From: a virus
Lineage: Duplodnaviria; Heunggongvirae; Uroviricota; Caudoviricetes
Strand: one strand, 5' to 3'
Length of the DNA stretch: 64,000 nt
IMG/VR virus record: IMGVR_UViG_3300042901_002340
The position numbers and the translations under genes are program-made. The notes under the pieces are model-generated. The model made no database searches. It had not been told where the DNA came from and saw nothing but the letters and a program-made list of their open reading frames with translations. Below are positions 63,949 through 64,000 of this stretch, piece after piece (the stretch's first letter is position 1; each line of letters opens with the position of its first letter).

Positions 63949-63981
63949 CAAATATAGGATAAAATTTCGAAATATAAAAAA
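63949..63981 (-). promoter_or_regulatory. Putative early promoter CG-N11-TATATTTG (clpC)
   Basis: TAnnTTTG at 63956-63949, CG at 63968-63969. Confidence 0.75.
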
Positions 63982-64000
63982 TAAATCATGATTATTTTTT

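Noticed and set aside
1-64000. Stop-codon reassignment as in Lak or some crAss phages
   Set aside because: Conserved genes are full length in code 11, and TAG, TGA and TAA all end genes at sensible positions.

Overview
AT-rich 64-kb segment of a large T4-like (jumbo) myophage in the standard genetic code. All genes lie on the - strand except one. It contains head genes (gp21-type prohead protease fused to a repeat scaffold, two tandem gp20 portals, gp4, terminase), tail genes (1120-aa sheath, two tubes, gp26-like hub/chaperone, tape-measure-like, gp15, gp14-like) and replication/recombination genes (ligase, gp44/gp62 clamp loader, RNase H, gp41, UvsX, gp46/47, exonucleases, dCMP deaminase, Gmk). 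It also carries two sigma factors (ECF-type and gp55-type), a ClpC-like ATPase lacking its N-domain, and an ~11.7-kb glycan-synthesis island (gmd, fcl, GT11, GT6, two GT7-like, three GT2, FkbM, HAD-NTP transferase). TAnnTTTG promoters and SD-less, A-rich starts point to a Bacteroidota host. Highlights: (1) three intergenic motif classes that read as a host-sigma -> phage ECF sigma -> gp55 cascade; (2) a probable -1 frameshift at A_AAA_AAC extending the 856-aa head protein, and a probable +1 frameshift in the tail chaperone; (3) a scaffold gene nested inside the protease gene with its own late promoter; (4) duplicated portal and tube genes; (5) an enzyme set formally sufficient for an ABO(H)-like glycan; (6) a catalytically eroded UvsE; (7) late proteins with capsid-targeting-like N-termini, including a nucleotidyltransferase. 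All protein calls come from motif recognition by eye; no database search was run.
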